Of a stretch of 64,000 nucleotides of DNA, positions 9,994 through 21,053 are shown one piece after another (position 1 is the stretch's first letter; every line of letters starts with the position of its first letter). A model generated the notes under the pieces. It did no database searches. It was not told the origin of the DNA and worked only from the letters and a program-made list of their open reading frames with translations. The translations under genes and the position numbers were made by a program. The DNA comes from Eledone cirrhosa. Lineage: Eukaryota. The DNA is taken from NCBI GenBank assembly GCA_964016885.1, contig OZ024764.1, positions 23,064,001 to 23,128,000 of the forward strand. Direction: 5' to 3'.

Positions 9994-11923
9994 GAGGCAT
10001 AACAAACTGAGGGTTGCTCAAGGTCCACATAGGTCACGTGTTGTCTGAGGGTTGCACACTACAACTAATTATGTACATTACAACTAATTAAGGTCATTTA
10101 ATAAAATATATTGCAGAAAGATTTGTTACTTAAATTTAGAAACATACAATGTACATACAAATGTTTTAGCAGCATTCATGAATACAAAGTAATGAAGTAG
10201 TTTGACAAAAAACTAAAATTTAACATGTCAACATATACTTGCAGATTGTAACAGCAACAAATACATTGTACACAAATAACAACAGTTGAAAACTGAACAT
10301 TTATTTGCTACTATTCAACCATTTTTAGTGTTTTGTCCTGAGGCTTGACACTTCTTTTTGTTGACAATTTTTGGTATGTCTGGCTGAAATGTTTGTACAG
10401 TTCCAACTTTGATCAGATGACAAGTGTTGATCAGTCAGCCTTGTTCTCTGAGAAGTTTTTGTTAACTTCATGAAGGAAAATAACTGTCCACCCACATAGG
10501 TAGAACCAAACGTTGCCATAATCTTTGTGACAAACTTTCTGATGTTAATAAACTTTTCAGGAAGGTATGAAAAGAAACCAGGTATCCCCACTACAAGATA
10601 CTTTGTTCTGAGTGTAGAATCTGACTGCATTTCCAATAGTTCCATCTGCAGGCATTCTTCTGCCTTCATCAAAGGTGAATGGTGCTGAGAATAATGTAAA
10701 CTGATGTTCAAAAAATGAGAAATCACAAAATCTTTCTTGAAATTTCTTTAACAACAATTCCAGCTGACTGTCATACTTAACTCAGCTAAATACAGACTCA
10801 GTATTGGCAGTGTTTTTCAGTTCTTTGCACATAGGGAAATGAACTAAATTTTCATCTGACAACGGAGATTTCCATAAGCTTAGTTTTCTAATGATGCACT
10901 TGATGTCATCATTCAACTGATTGATGGGTTTGTTTTTACCTTGTAATTTCAAATTAAGATCAGTTAATTGTGCAGTAATATCCACAGCAAAAATCAGGTG
11001 TTGGAGCCAACTTTCATCTTTTATTTCATCTGTGTTTTAACCTTTTATCTCCAAAAACACAATTATTTCTTGTCTCAACAAATAGAATCTTTTCAGCACT
11101 TTGTGACATGTCAACCAGCAGACTTCTGTGTAGAATGGAACATCGGTGAACTGATTATCCATATCTTCTAATAGAAACATGTTCAAACCTTGATGATACA
11201 GCCTTTAACTGTTGTTTCAGATCACCTGACATTTCATTAATCTGTTCAGCAACAGTGTTCCTGGTTAATGAAATGTCTTTGAATAACTCTGCTTTCTCTG
11301 GACAATTTCAGCTGTTTTTACAAGACATTGCTTTACAAAATCTCCTTCACTGTAAGATTTCCCACTCATGGCAATCATTTGACTGAGTTGCAGTAACGGA
11401 AGTGACATTCTCTTCCTGAATTAACATAAAACAGGTCTATTGCTGTGTCAAGTTAGACTTCAATTCCTTGAGTCTTGAAACTCACATTGGGCCTTAATAT
11501 TTATCGTAAGATCGGGGGTTTGTTTCATGATGTCTTTTTGAATTGTACTCTTTTGGCCTGGCGATGTAGTTGTTGCAAATTAAACAGTATATCTTTCTGT
11601 TCACCATTGGGCAAAAATACTGTAATTCCCACTTTTCTTGAAACACTTGCCCTTCTTCGTTCAATTTCCTTTTTCTCTTAGCTGGAGGAGCACTAACCAT
11701 TTCAAAAACGAAATCTTTTGAAATTTTGAAAGAAAGTTTTCTGTTAATGAGCTGCACGTGATTAATGGAAGTTAAAAGTAGTTGACAAAATTTGCAAAAA
11801 AAAAATAATTGTATCGAAAATGTTTAAAATTTTATATTACGAAAATGAAACATGGTCGCACTGTAAAAACCTAAGTGTGGGCCGCAGGTTTGCTTGCCAA
11901 GGGCCGCATGTTTGACATGTCTG
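9994..11923 (-). mobile_element. Buster/Charlie/SPIN-type hAT transposon, decayed and internally deleted
   Basis: 8-bp TSD ATGTAGGT at 9986-9993 and 11924-11931; TIR CAGACATGTCAAAC with a degenerate partner GAGGCATAACAAAC; transposase pieces VFQEKWELQYF..CLIC..KEYN.KRH and FGSTYV..LFS.MK..K...RTRLTDQHL. Confidence 0.88.
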
Positions 11924-12059
11924 ATGTAGGTTACCAAAACTAGGGAGGGCAGCATGTCCTTCAGTGTGTTCTGCTACATTAACTACCAGGAGGTCACCAC
12001 ATGAGACAAAGACTACATTTCAAAGAAGGGTTATAAAAGAACTAAATACGAAAGTACCC

Positions 12060-12480
12060 ACAGCAACAAACAAATAATTGAGCTTTGGGTCTAGGTCAAG
12101 GGGCAGAAGTGCTGCGCCCTGTGGATAAGACTGCAAAAGTATTCGCCCCGGGCGATGGACAGTGACACCCACTGCAACAGCCACCCCAACCTCATGGGAC
12201 TCCCTCTTCAGAAGGGCCACCAACGTTCTGATCTTACAGAGGAGCTTGGCAGTACGGGGTCCAAGTACTTCTGAGGTCTCGTTGGTGACCGGTGTGAAGA
12301 GACCTACAATTGATGTCATCCCAGTTATGTTGGACTGTAATATACTGGGGTATAGAGAGGCCTTAACTTGTCTCAGCCGGGCCACCCAGGGTTGTGTCAT
12401 CTAGGTACTAGACAGGGGTAACTAGACCATGTTGTCAACTGTCAACACCAATAGGAGTGAGGCGAGTGGGTCCCCTTGCG
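12060..12480 (-). mobile_element. 3' fragment of an RLE-type (CRE-like) non-LTR element (copies at 45850-46235, 60980-61370)
   Basis: FTPVTNETSEVLGPRTAKLL resembles the C-terminus FQPVAFETFGGVGPLTARFL of the element at 29.1-32.4 kb. Confidence 0.6.
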
Positions 12481-12732
12481 AGACACCATATATAAAAACG
12501 TATTTGCTAATTACTTTAATGAATAATTTGTTTCATACGTAATTATTACTTTTAACACAATAGGATTTTGTACACGTGTTTGTTTGAAAACATCTTTCAA
12601 AGAAGTATGAGACAGTCTTTTGTAGTGTTTATTATAATAAATTACTGTATGTTGAGCTGTTTTAACTTCTCCACCTTCCATTATTTCATATTGTTTTTGT
12701 AAAAAAACGAGATCTTTTTCATATATATATAT

Positions 12733-12950
12733 GAAGGCGTGTGGCTGAGTGGTTAGAGAATTGGATTCGGAATTGTGAGGTTGTGAGTTCGATACCCAGA
12801 CCGGGCGATGCGTTATGTCCTTGAGCAAGACATTTTATTTCACGTTGCTCTTTCTACCTGGAGTTGCGACCGATAGATAGTATTAGCAATTGGAAAGACC
12901 AATGGAAACATTGTTTCCTCGGTCCGATTTGACGAAAAGTCGATCATAAA
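12733..12950 (+). mobile_element. tRNA-derived SINE (copy at 46491-46705; reverse copy at 26073-26250; head-less remnant at ~61520-61610)
   Basis: A box TGGCTGAGTGG, B box GAGTTCGATACC, and core GTCCTTGAGCAAGACA.TTTATTTCACGTTGCTC; flanked by (TA)n. Confidence 0.8.
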
Positions 12951-13527
12951 AAATATATATAGAGAGAGAGAGAGAAACACAAACATACACTACTGTATTA
13001 CATATGTAAGGGGAGACAACTCTCGTTACATCCCCCCCCCCCTTTTTGATATACGTCCTTTAAATACTTTGTACAATGGAACCTGCTTTATTTTGTATCC
13101 TAAGTAGATTTCTGTTTAAGTATTTACGCGATTCACAATGATTCACGTAGAGACCCCAGTTAGTGATGTTTTTATCTCCCTCCCACATCCTACATGCTGT
13201 AGTAAAAGTGAGGGTCACTGCTTCTGTAGACGAACGAAATAAAAGTTAAACTACCAGTAATTATCGGCAAAGTATTTATTCCAGTCTGTGATGTTTGAGA
13301 AGCTGGGCTGCTGACCACGAAGTTGTGGTCACTGTTGGCGGCTGGCTTTACAGAAGTACCCGATGACTCTTGTGAGGGTACTTAGCTGTTCTGGCAACTT
13401 AGCCTCCATATGACCCGATCTTACCGAGATACCCGGTGATCTCTGTAAGAGTACTTAGCTGTCCTATTTTAATTACATTTACTGATTTAAACTTTCATTT
13501 TTTATATTACAAACTTTACATAATTTA

Positions 13528-14009
13528 AGCTGAACACCGATGGCTACATCCACGTTCTGAGCGAGGTAGTAAAGCCCTGGATCGACCAGGTAGCTGCAGG
13601 TAGGCTGTACGTGTGGCAGCAAGACCCAAGCCTTGCTGTCAGAGAACTTCGTCGACCACACTTCACCTGACATCTGGCCTCCCAGCTCGCCTGACTGCAA
13701 CCCCCTCGACTTCTTTGTGTGGGACGCAGTGGAACGAGACACCAACAGATGTAGCTGCAATACGAAAGACGATCTGAAGGCCAGCATCACAAGTGCCTTT
13801 AGGGGCCTAAGTCGGGGGACAGTGACGAAGGCCTGTAGCTGGTTCCGAGGCCGTCATCAAAGCCAATGGCGAGTTTATGGAGTGAGATCGAAAGAACAAG
13901 TCATGAAGACAAACTGACAGAAGTTTGATAAATATATCTTAAAAAATAAAACTACTGTCTTATTTTTTCCTAGACAGTAATCTTGCGAACAAATATCGTC
14001 CGCACCCTG
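13528..14009 (+). mobile_element. Tc1/mariner 3' fragment
   Basis: WPPSSPDCNPLDFFVW motif; right TIR ...CCGCACCCTG|TA. Confidence 0.85.
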
Positions 14010-14089
14010 TATATATGTGTGTGTGTCTGTGGCCTTAATACCCTAGTCACAGACACACTCACACACACACACACACACACAAGTAATAA

Positions 14090-15230
14090 TTTCGTTCAAC
14101 AACATGAGGGTGTGGGGGCATATTGTCTATATGCTTCAGCTTGTACCCGTGGGGTGGTCGGGTCTTCTGTATTACTGCATGACGCCAGAGGTCACGGTCG
14201 TGTGTCATCGCCTTTGAGAGGTGTAATTGGGTAAGGTCGGCTTTTATCACCTCATCCCAGGTCTTCTTGGGTCTCTCCACGGCTTCCATCGACTTCTAGT
14301 GCTCTGCACCTTTTTATGCAGCTGTCATCCTTCATACGCATCACATGTCCATACCAACGCAACCGCCTCTCCTGCACACAGCATTTGATTCCTCTTATGC
14401 TCAGTCTCTCTCAATTCGTTTATGCTTTGCCGTTCACGTATATTACTATTACACATCCAACAGAGCATGCAGGCTTCGTTTCTTTCTAATCTACGTAAGT
14501 CTTCCACCGTCAGCGCCCAGGTCTCACTACCATGTAACATTGCTGTTTGTATGCACGCATCATACAGTCATGAACTTTTTCCATCCCATTCTTACCCTAG
14601 TTATTGTACTTTCCGAACACCCACCTCCGCTCCTAATTCGGTCACCTGGGTAGCAAGAGCTGTCTACTGTTTCTACAGAGCCCTCTCAGAGATTGGTGGT
14701 ACTTATTTCCTGTGGCTGTTTGCTGCTTGCTGTCCCAGCACAACTGCTACATGTGAAGCATGCTACATTCTTAATTAAGCTTCCTGAGATCCCGCTACAT
14801 CTCTTGTGTACCCATTGTTTGTATTTGGGGCAGAGGACGGAGTTCCTACCTACACCTTTCCCACATACTAAGCAAGGCCATTTCCCTGAGGGATCTGGGT
14901 TCGGCTTTCTCGTCTACTTACAAAGACCTTAGTCTTTGTCAGGTTGACTTTGAGACCCTTTCTTTCTAGTCCCTGCTTCCAAGTTTGGAATTTCTTCTCT
15001 AGTTCTACCATAGAGTCAGCTATAAGTGCGAGGTCATCTGCATACAGGAGTTCCCATGGGCATCCGGTCTTAAACTCCTCCGTTATTGCCTGCAGAACTA
15101 TGATGAACAGGAGAGGGCTAAGAACAGAGCCCTGGTGGACACTGACCCGTATGCTAAATTCCTCTCTCTAGTCATTGCTAATGCTAACTCTGCTGACTGC
15201 TCCCCTATACATGGCTGGTACAGCTTTCAC
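14090..15230 (-). mobile_element. 5'-truncated RTE LINE related to 340-3882
   Basis: Minus-strand MLHGSETWAL..RLERNEACML and RPKKTWDEVIK; YADD region near 15030-15060. Confidence 0.85.
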
Positions 15231-15379
15231 ATTTCGGGGTCAACTTCCTTTCAAACTATTTTCCCATTATGCCCCGTTTTAGCTGTATTACATTAGAGAC
15301 AAGACACAATCACAGAGTTTTAGGTTTATAATGTTATAGTATCATGATAGGGTAATACAGTTATTTATAGACCTGTGGT

Positions 15380-15610
15380 AAATGTTGGTTCAGTCCACCC
15401 TGAGGGGTGTTAGTGTTGGTTCAGTCCACCCTGGGGGATGTTAGTGTTGGTTCAGTCCACTCTGGGGGGTGTTAGTGTTGGTTCAGTCTACCCTGGGGGG
15501 TGTTAGTGTTGGTTCAGTCCACTCTGGGGGGGTGTTAGTGTTGGTTCAGTCCACCCTGGGGGGTGTAAGTGTTGGTTCAGTCTACCCTGAGGGGTGTCAG
15601 TGTTGGTCAA
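15380..15610 (+). repeat. ~31-bp G-tract minisatellite, about 7 copies
   Basis: Unit GTTAGTGTTGGTTCAGTCCACCCTGGGGGGT. Confidence 0.9.
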
Positions 15611-15649
15611 TGATAACCTTTATAACTAGAGGCCTGTTGGTGATGACAA

Positions 15650-16035
15650 GCTGGAAGTGGTGACATCTTTCTGCTACCTGTGTGACATGTCAGCTGGAAG
15701 TGTAGCCAAGTTCACTGCCATCGTGCTGTGCCACTCCACAGGTAACAAGTTTAGGCAGCTTCTCCTAATCCTCAAGACATGCTGGCTACCATTAGACACC
15801 ATGGGGCAGGTTTATAACACCTGTGGGAGAAGTGTGTTGTTTCATGCCAGCGAGACCTGGGCCATGTTATCTGACTGTCTGAATTGACTCTGAAGAAATG
15901 ACAGAGCTATGATCCACTGGATGTGTAGTGTGACCATTGAGGATGATGTCAGCTCAACTGAGCTCTTAAAAAAACTGCTGATCGACAACCTCAAGGATGT
16001 GTTTCACAGGAGACACATGCACTGGTATGGCCATG
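15650..16035 (+). mobile_element. Old RTE RT C-terminal fragment
   Basis: SFCYL..NKFRQLL..GQVYNTC.RSVLFHASETWAM. Confidence 0.65.
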
Positions 16036-18390
16036 TTGTGCATTCTCTCTCAACTCATCTATGCTTGGTCGTTGATGCACATTGACATTGCACATCCAAC
16101 GGAGCGTACTTGCATCATTTCTCTCCAGACATCGCATATCCTCCACAGTTGCTGTGCATGTCTCACTACCGTGCAGCATCACACATCTCACGCAGGCATC
16201 ACCAGCCATTCGTTCTTAGAGAGAAACCCTTCTTTGTCAACAGAGGAAGCAGCTCCCTAAACTTCTTCCAACCCGTCCTTATTCTAGATACTATGGCCTC
16301 TGGGCACCCTCCTCCCATGCTAATTTAATCACCTAGATACCGGAAGCTATCAACCACTTCTATAGAACCTATCTGCATTTGAAAAAATGTGTCTATCACT
16401 GCGACTTCTACTGTCAAATTTCCCTGTAGATCTACTGCATATGTATTTTTCCCTACCTGTTAGTTTGCCTGCTATCCCACTACATTTCTTGTGTACCCAA
16501 AATCTGCATTGTGTACATTATAGAATTTATGCCAGTTGCTTTTCTACATATTGAACAAGGCCATTTCCCTGATGGAATGACAGTTTTGTCCTCACTAAAC
16601 TCCAGTTTTGTTCCTCACTAAACTCCATGCCTACCCTCACTTTACTGACAGCCCATCTATACATAGCTTGCACTGTCCTCACAAACTATTCCTCTACACC
16701 TAGTTTCCTTAGGGACCACCAGATGAAAGGCCTTCTCTAGTTCAACAAAAACTAAGTATAGTGGTTTTCTTCTCTAAGAACCTCTCTTGTAGTTGTCTCA
16801 CTAAGAAGAGGGCATCTGTTTGACTCTTTCTCTAAGTTGCGCTAGTATTCTTTCTGTCACTTTCATAACCTGATCCATCAGTTTTATACCCCTATAATTA
16901 CTCCCCTCCAGAACATCCCCTTTACCTTTACCTCAATTTATGAGAATACTGCTGCACCAGTCTTTGGGTATGACACCACCATATATAGCTTGATTAATGA
17001 TGCATGCAACCAGTTTAATTCCTACTTCTCTTGATGCCTTCAGCATCTCAGCAACTATCCCCAACAGTCCAGCGGACTTAACATTTTTCATTTCCTTAAT
17101 TGGACCCTATAGTCGTCAATCTCAATAGCTGGTCCTTCTGTCGGGTCTACTGAAGGTAGTTCCCCTCCTATTCATTCTCCACATTCATCAGTCTCTCATA
17201 ATGACATTTCCAGGCCTCCCTTTTTTTGAGAATCAGTGACACTAAGTGCACCAACATCCTGATTTACACTGACACACTGCCTTGCAATGTGGATCACCGT
17301 ACATCTCTGATCTCCCCATCGCAGGACATTGGCAAACCTTCTAATCTCAGCCTCCCTGCATGTTAAGTAAACCTGACATCTAGCTTCTCTCTTAGCGGCT
17401 GTGAATCGGTCTCTAGCCCTACCATTTTTCCAAGCCTTTTGTCTCTAATGGCTCTATCCACCGTGCTGTTCCACCACCAGGTCACCCTCTGTCTGGTTGG
17501 AACTCTGCTCCAGCCACAAGTTTCTTCAGTAACCTGCAGTAAGTTGTCACGTAAGAAATTCCAGTTATCGTCCATGTCATACGACTCTAAATCGTCTTCT
17601 TTTTCGTCATATACATCTTGAAGGGCTTTCCTAAATTTATATTTTACTGAAAGGTCTTTTAGTTTCCAGACCTTCCTTTGTCAAACCTTCTTGTATGTCT
17701 CATTTTGTCTCTTGCTTACTGAGATGTCACTAACGACTAACTTATGTTGGGGGGTTACATTGTTCCCTGGGGTATGCCTTAGTATTTGACACCATCTGTC
17801 TCTCTTGCTACTTAACTAGCAAGAAGTCAATCTGTCTCATGTGCTCACCTGCTTGGTAGGTTATTAGGTGGTTGGTAGGTTTCTTGAAATGTTGCAAATG
17901 GTTAGTTCACTTGCATCACAAAATACAAGAAGCCTCACTCTTTCTTCGTTTCTTGAGCCATAACCATGACCACCATGTACCCCAGTATATCCATCCTGGA
18001 ACTGTCCAACATGACCATTGAAGTCCCCTGCTATTATAACTAGGTCTATGTCATTGTGGTTATCTCTACTTATTCCTTTTCTACATATGGAGCAGGGCCA
18101 CTTTCCTCAAGGTGTCAGGGTCTTCTCTCCTATCCATTACCACTTTAGTTTTGGCTAAGTATATTCTCAGAACTTACCATTTCAAATTCTATATCTATAG
18201 CTGGTCATCTACATAGAGAAGTTTCCATAGACAGCCAGTCTTAAACCTCTCTGTTATGGCTTGGAGAACTATGATGAACAACAGTGGGCTAAGAACTAAA
18301 CCATGATGAACTCCTACCTGTACCTTCAATTCCTCACTAAACACACTTTACTGACAGCTTCTCACAAGCCATTCTTCTACACCTAATTTC
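16036..18390 (-). mobile_element. Decayed RTE LINE, endonuclease to RT (17760-18390 is repeated at 33180-33810 and 52360-52983)
   Basis: Minus-strand MLHGSET..LERNDASTLRWMC, NWNFLRDNLLQVTEETCGWS..VTWWWN and GDFNGHVG. Confidence 0.8.
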
Positions 18391-18395
18391 CTTAA

Positions 18396-18603
18396 CCCTT
18401 TAGTATATAAACTGGCCATATCTGGCCAGAATTCTCCCACATCTTTCTGTTCAAACTGGCCGTAACTGGTCACTTATACTTATGTTAAGGTATTGTTCTC
18501 CAAATAAGTAACATCAAAATCTCATAGATTTGATATTATGTGAGATAAAGCATTTACTGTGAAAATATAATAGTAAATATAGAGTAATGTGAATACTAAA
18601 GGG
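18396..18603. mobile_element. piggyBac-type MITE (copies at 33815-35938, interrupted by CR1, and 52988-53195)
   Basis: TTAA|CCCTTTAGTAT ... ATACTAAAGGG|TTAA: TIRs with a TTAA target-site duplication. Confidence 0.82.
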
Positions 18604-18605
18604 TT

Positions 18606-19250
18606 AATCTAATGTCACTAATAACTACTTTTATCAGTCAGTATAATCTAATGTCACTAATAACTACTTTTATCTGTCAGTTTAATCTAACGTCACTAAT
18701 AACTACTTTTATCAGTCAGTATAATCTAATGTCACTAATAACTACTTTTATCAGTCAGTATAATCTAAAGTCACTATTAACTACTTTTATCTGTCAGTAT
18801 AATCTAATGTCACTAATAACTACTTTTATCAGTCAGTATAATCTAATGTCACTAATAACTACTTTTATCAGTCAGTATAATCTAAAGTCACTAATAACTA
18901 CTTTTATCTGTCAGTATAATCTAAAGTCACTAATAACTACTTTTATCAGTCAGTATAATCTAATGTCACTAATAACTACTTTTATCAGTCAGTTTAATCT
19001 AAAGTCACTAATAACTACTTTTATCAGTCAGTATAATCTAATGTCACTAATAACTACTTTTATCAGTCAGTATAATCTAATGTCACTAATAACTACTTTT
19101 ATCAGTCAGTATAATCTAATGTCACTAATAACTACTTTTATCAGTCAGTATAATCTAATGTCACTAATAACTACTTTTGTCAGTCAGTATAATCTAATGT
19201 CACTAATAACTACTTTTATCAGTCAGTTTAATCTAATGTCACTAATAACT
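18606..19250 (+). repeat. 39-bp minisatellite, about 16.5 copies
   Basis: Unit AATCTAATGTCACTAATAACTACTTTTATCAGTCAGTAT. Confidence 0.97.
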
Positions 19251-19862
19251 AACCTATGTTAGTCAGCACATTCTTCACCAAAGAAGGCCTTAGTATTTAT
19301 TACAGTCCATTTATCAATATAGAAATATTATATGAAATTTGTACTGATGTATTACAAGTTTCTGAGTATCTTATAATGTTCTTTTATTATTTCAGAATAC
19401 CAGAGGACATTGGCATTAAAGAGCACGTAACATAAGACATATCCTCAATATTAACCATTTCTAATGAAAGATACTACCCATCATTTTCAAATAATTTTGA
19501 AAACACTCAACACTTTGAAGGGATTTAGTAATATAACTAAATTTCTCAGTATTAAGCTGCTATTTGGAACATAACTTTGCACAATTTCATGAAGTTACAA
19601 TGGAAAGTTTTTAGATAAATATAAAGACTGGTATGAAAAGGATAAAACACTTTTATATTAGTTGTTTCACCAACACCATTATTTAAAGACTAAAGGAAGC
19701 TGTTATACAGAACAGATACAACCTTGTTTATATAAATCTATGGGAGAAATACTGGGAAATGTTTAACATAAAGAAGAAAAATATCTATATATTGAGAGGA
19801 GAAAAATATTAAAACTGAATTATGTGAGAAACTTAGGTGATTGATATTTTTTAGTGGGAGTT

Positions 19863-21053
19863 ATGTTGAAAAATATAGTAAAATCACCATTCCACTGTGA
19901 TATCTGTGGTAAATCATTCTCTAAAAATACTAAATTAACTAGACACAAACTAAGTCACACAGAAGAGAAGCCATATCACTGTGATATCTGTAGTAAATCA
20001 TTCTCTAAAAATACTAAATTAACTAGACATAAACTAAGTCATACAGAAGAGAAGCCATATCACTGTGATATCTGTAGTAAATCATTCTCTAAAAGTACTA
20101 AATTAACCAGACATAAACTAAATCATGCAGAAGAGAAGCCATATCACTGTGATATCTGTAGTAAATCATTCTCTAAAAGTACTAAATTAACTAGACACAA
20201 ACTAAGTCATACAGAAGAGAAGCCATATCACTGTGATATCTGTGGTAAATTATTCTCTAAAAATAATAAATTAACCAGACATAAACTAAGTCATGCAGAA
20301 GAGAAGCCATATCACTGTGATATCTGTGGTAAATCATTCTCTGAAAATACTAAATTAACTAGACACAAACTAAGTCACTCAGAAGAGAAGCCATATCACT
20401 GTGATATCTGTGGTAAATCATTTTCTAAAAGTAATAAATTGACTAAACACAAACGTAGTCACACAGGAGAGAAGCCGTGTCACTATATCTTTGGTAAATC
20501 TAAAAATAGTAACTTAGCTAGAGACAAACTAAGTCACACAGAGGAGAAACCATATCACAATGATATTTGTGGTAAATATTTCTCTCATGTGAGTACCTTA
20601 ACAAATTACAAACATATTCCTGCAGGAGAGACACCATATTATTGTGATGTCTGTGGTAAATCATTCTCTAAAAATACAAAATTAAAAAGACACAAAGAAA
20701 GACATTCAGGAGAGAAGCTATATCACTGTGATATCTGTGATAAATCATTCTCTCGAAGTGATCATTTATTTACCCACAAACGTACTCATACAGGAGAGAA
20801 GCCATATCAATGTGATATCTGTGATAAATCATTCTCTCGAAGTGATCATTTATTTACCCACAAACGTACTCATACAGGAGAGAAGCCATATCACTGTGAC
20901 ATCTGTGATAAATCATTCTCTCATAGTCAAACCTTAACTATTCACAAACGTACTCATACAGGAGAGAAGCCATATCACTGTGACATCTGTGGTAAATCAT
21001 TCTCTCGTAGAGATAACTTAACCAGGCATGTGCGTATTCATACAGAAGTTTAG
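19863..21053 (+). CDS. C2H2 zinc-finger protein 2: 14 finger units (12 intact, 2 degenerate)
   Basis: ATG at 19863, matching the paralogous start [10 protein letters not shown]; intact frame to HVRIHTEV*. Confidence 0.88.
   Translation: MLKNIVKSPFHCDICGKSFSKNTKLTRHKLSHTEEKPYHCDICSKSFSKNTKLTRHKLSHTEEKPYHCDICSKSFSKSTKLTRHKLNHAEEKPYHCDICSKSFSKSTKLTRHKLSHTEEKPYHCDICGKLFSKNNKLTRHKLSHAEEKPYHCDICGKSFSENTKLTRHKLSHSEEKPYHCDICGKSFSKSNKLTKHKRSHTGEKPCHYIFGKSKNSNLARDKLSHTEEKPYHNDICGKYFSHVSTLTNYKHIPAGETPYYCDVCGKSFSKNTKLKRHKERHSGEKLYHCDICDKSFSRSDHLFTHKRTHTGEKPYQCDICDKSFSRSDHLFTHKRTHTGEKPYHCDICDKSFSHSQTLTIHKRTHTGEKPYHCDICGKSFSRRDNLTRHVRIHTEV

Noticed and set aside
12733-12810. tRNA gene
   Set aside because: A and B boxes are present, but no clean cloverleaf or T-run terminator; the sequence continues into a SINE core and is multicopy.
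18606-19250. CRISPR-like appearance of the regular repeats (also the 84-bp finger repeats and the 48/70-bp arrays)
   Set aside because: Head-to-tail repeats with no unique spacers, no cas genes, and a eukaryotic context.
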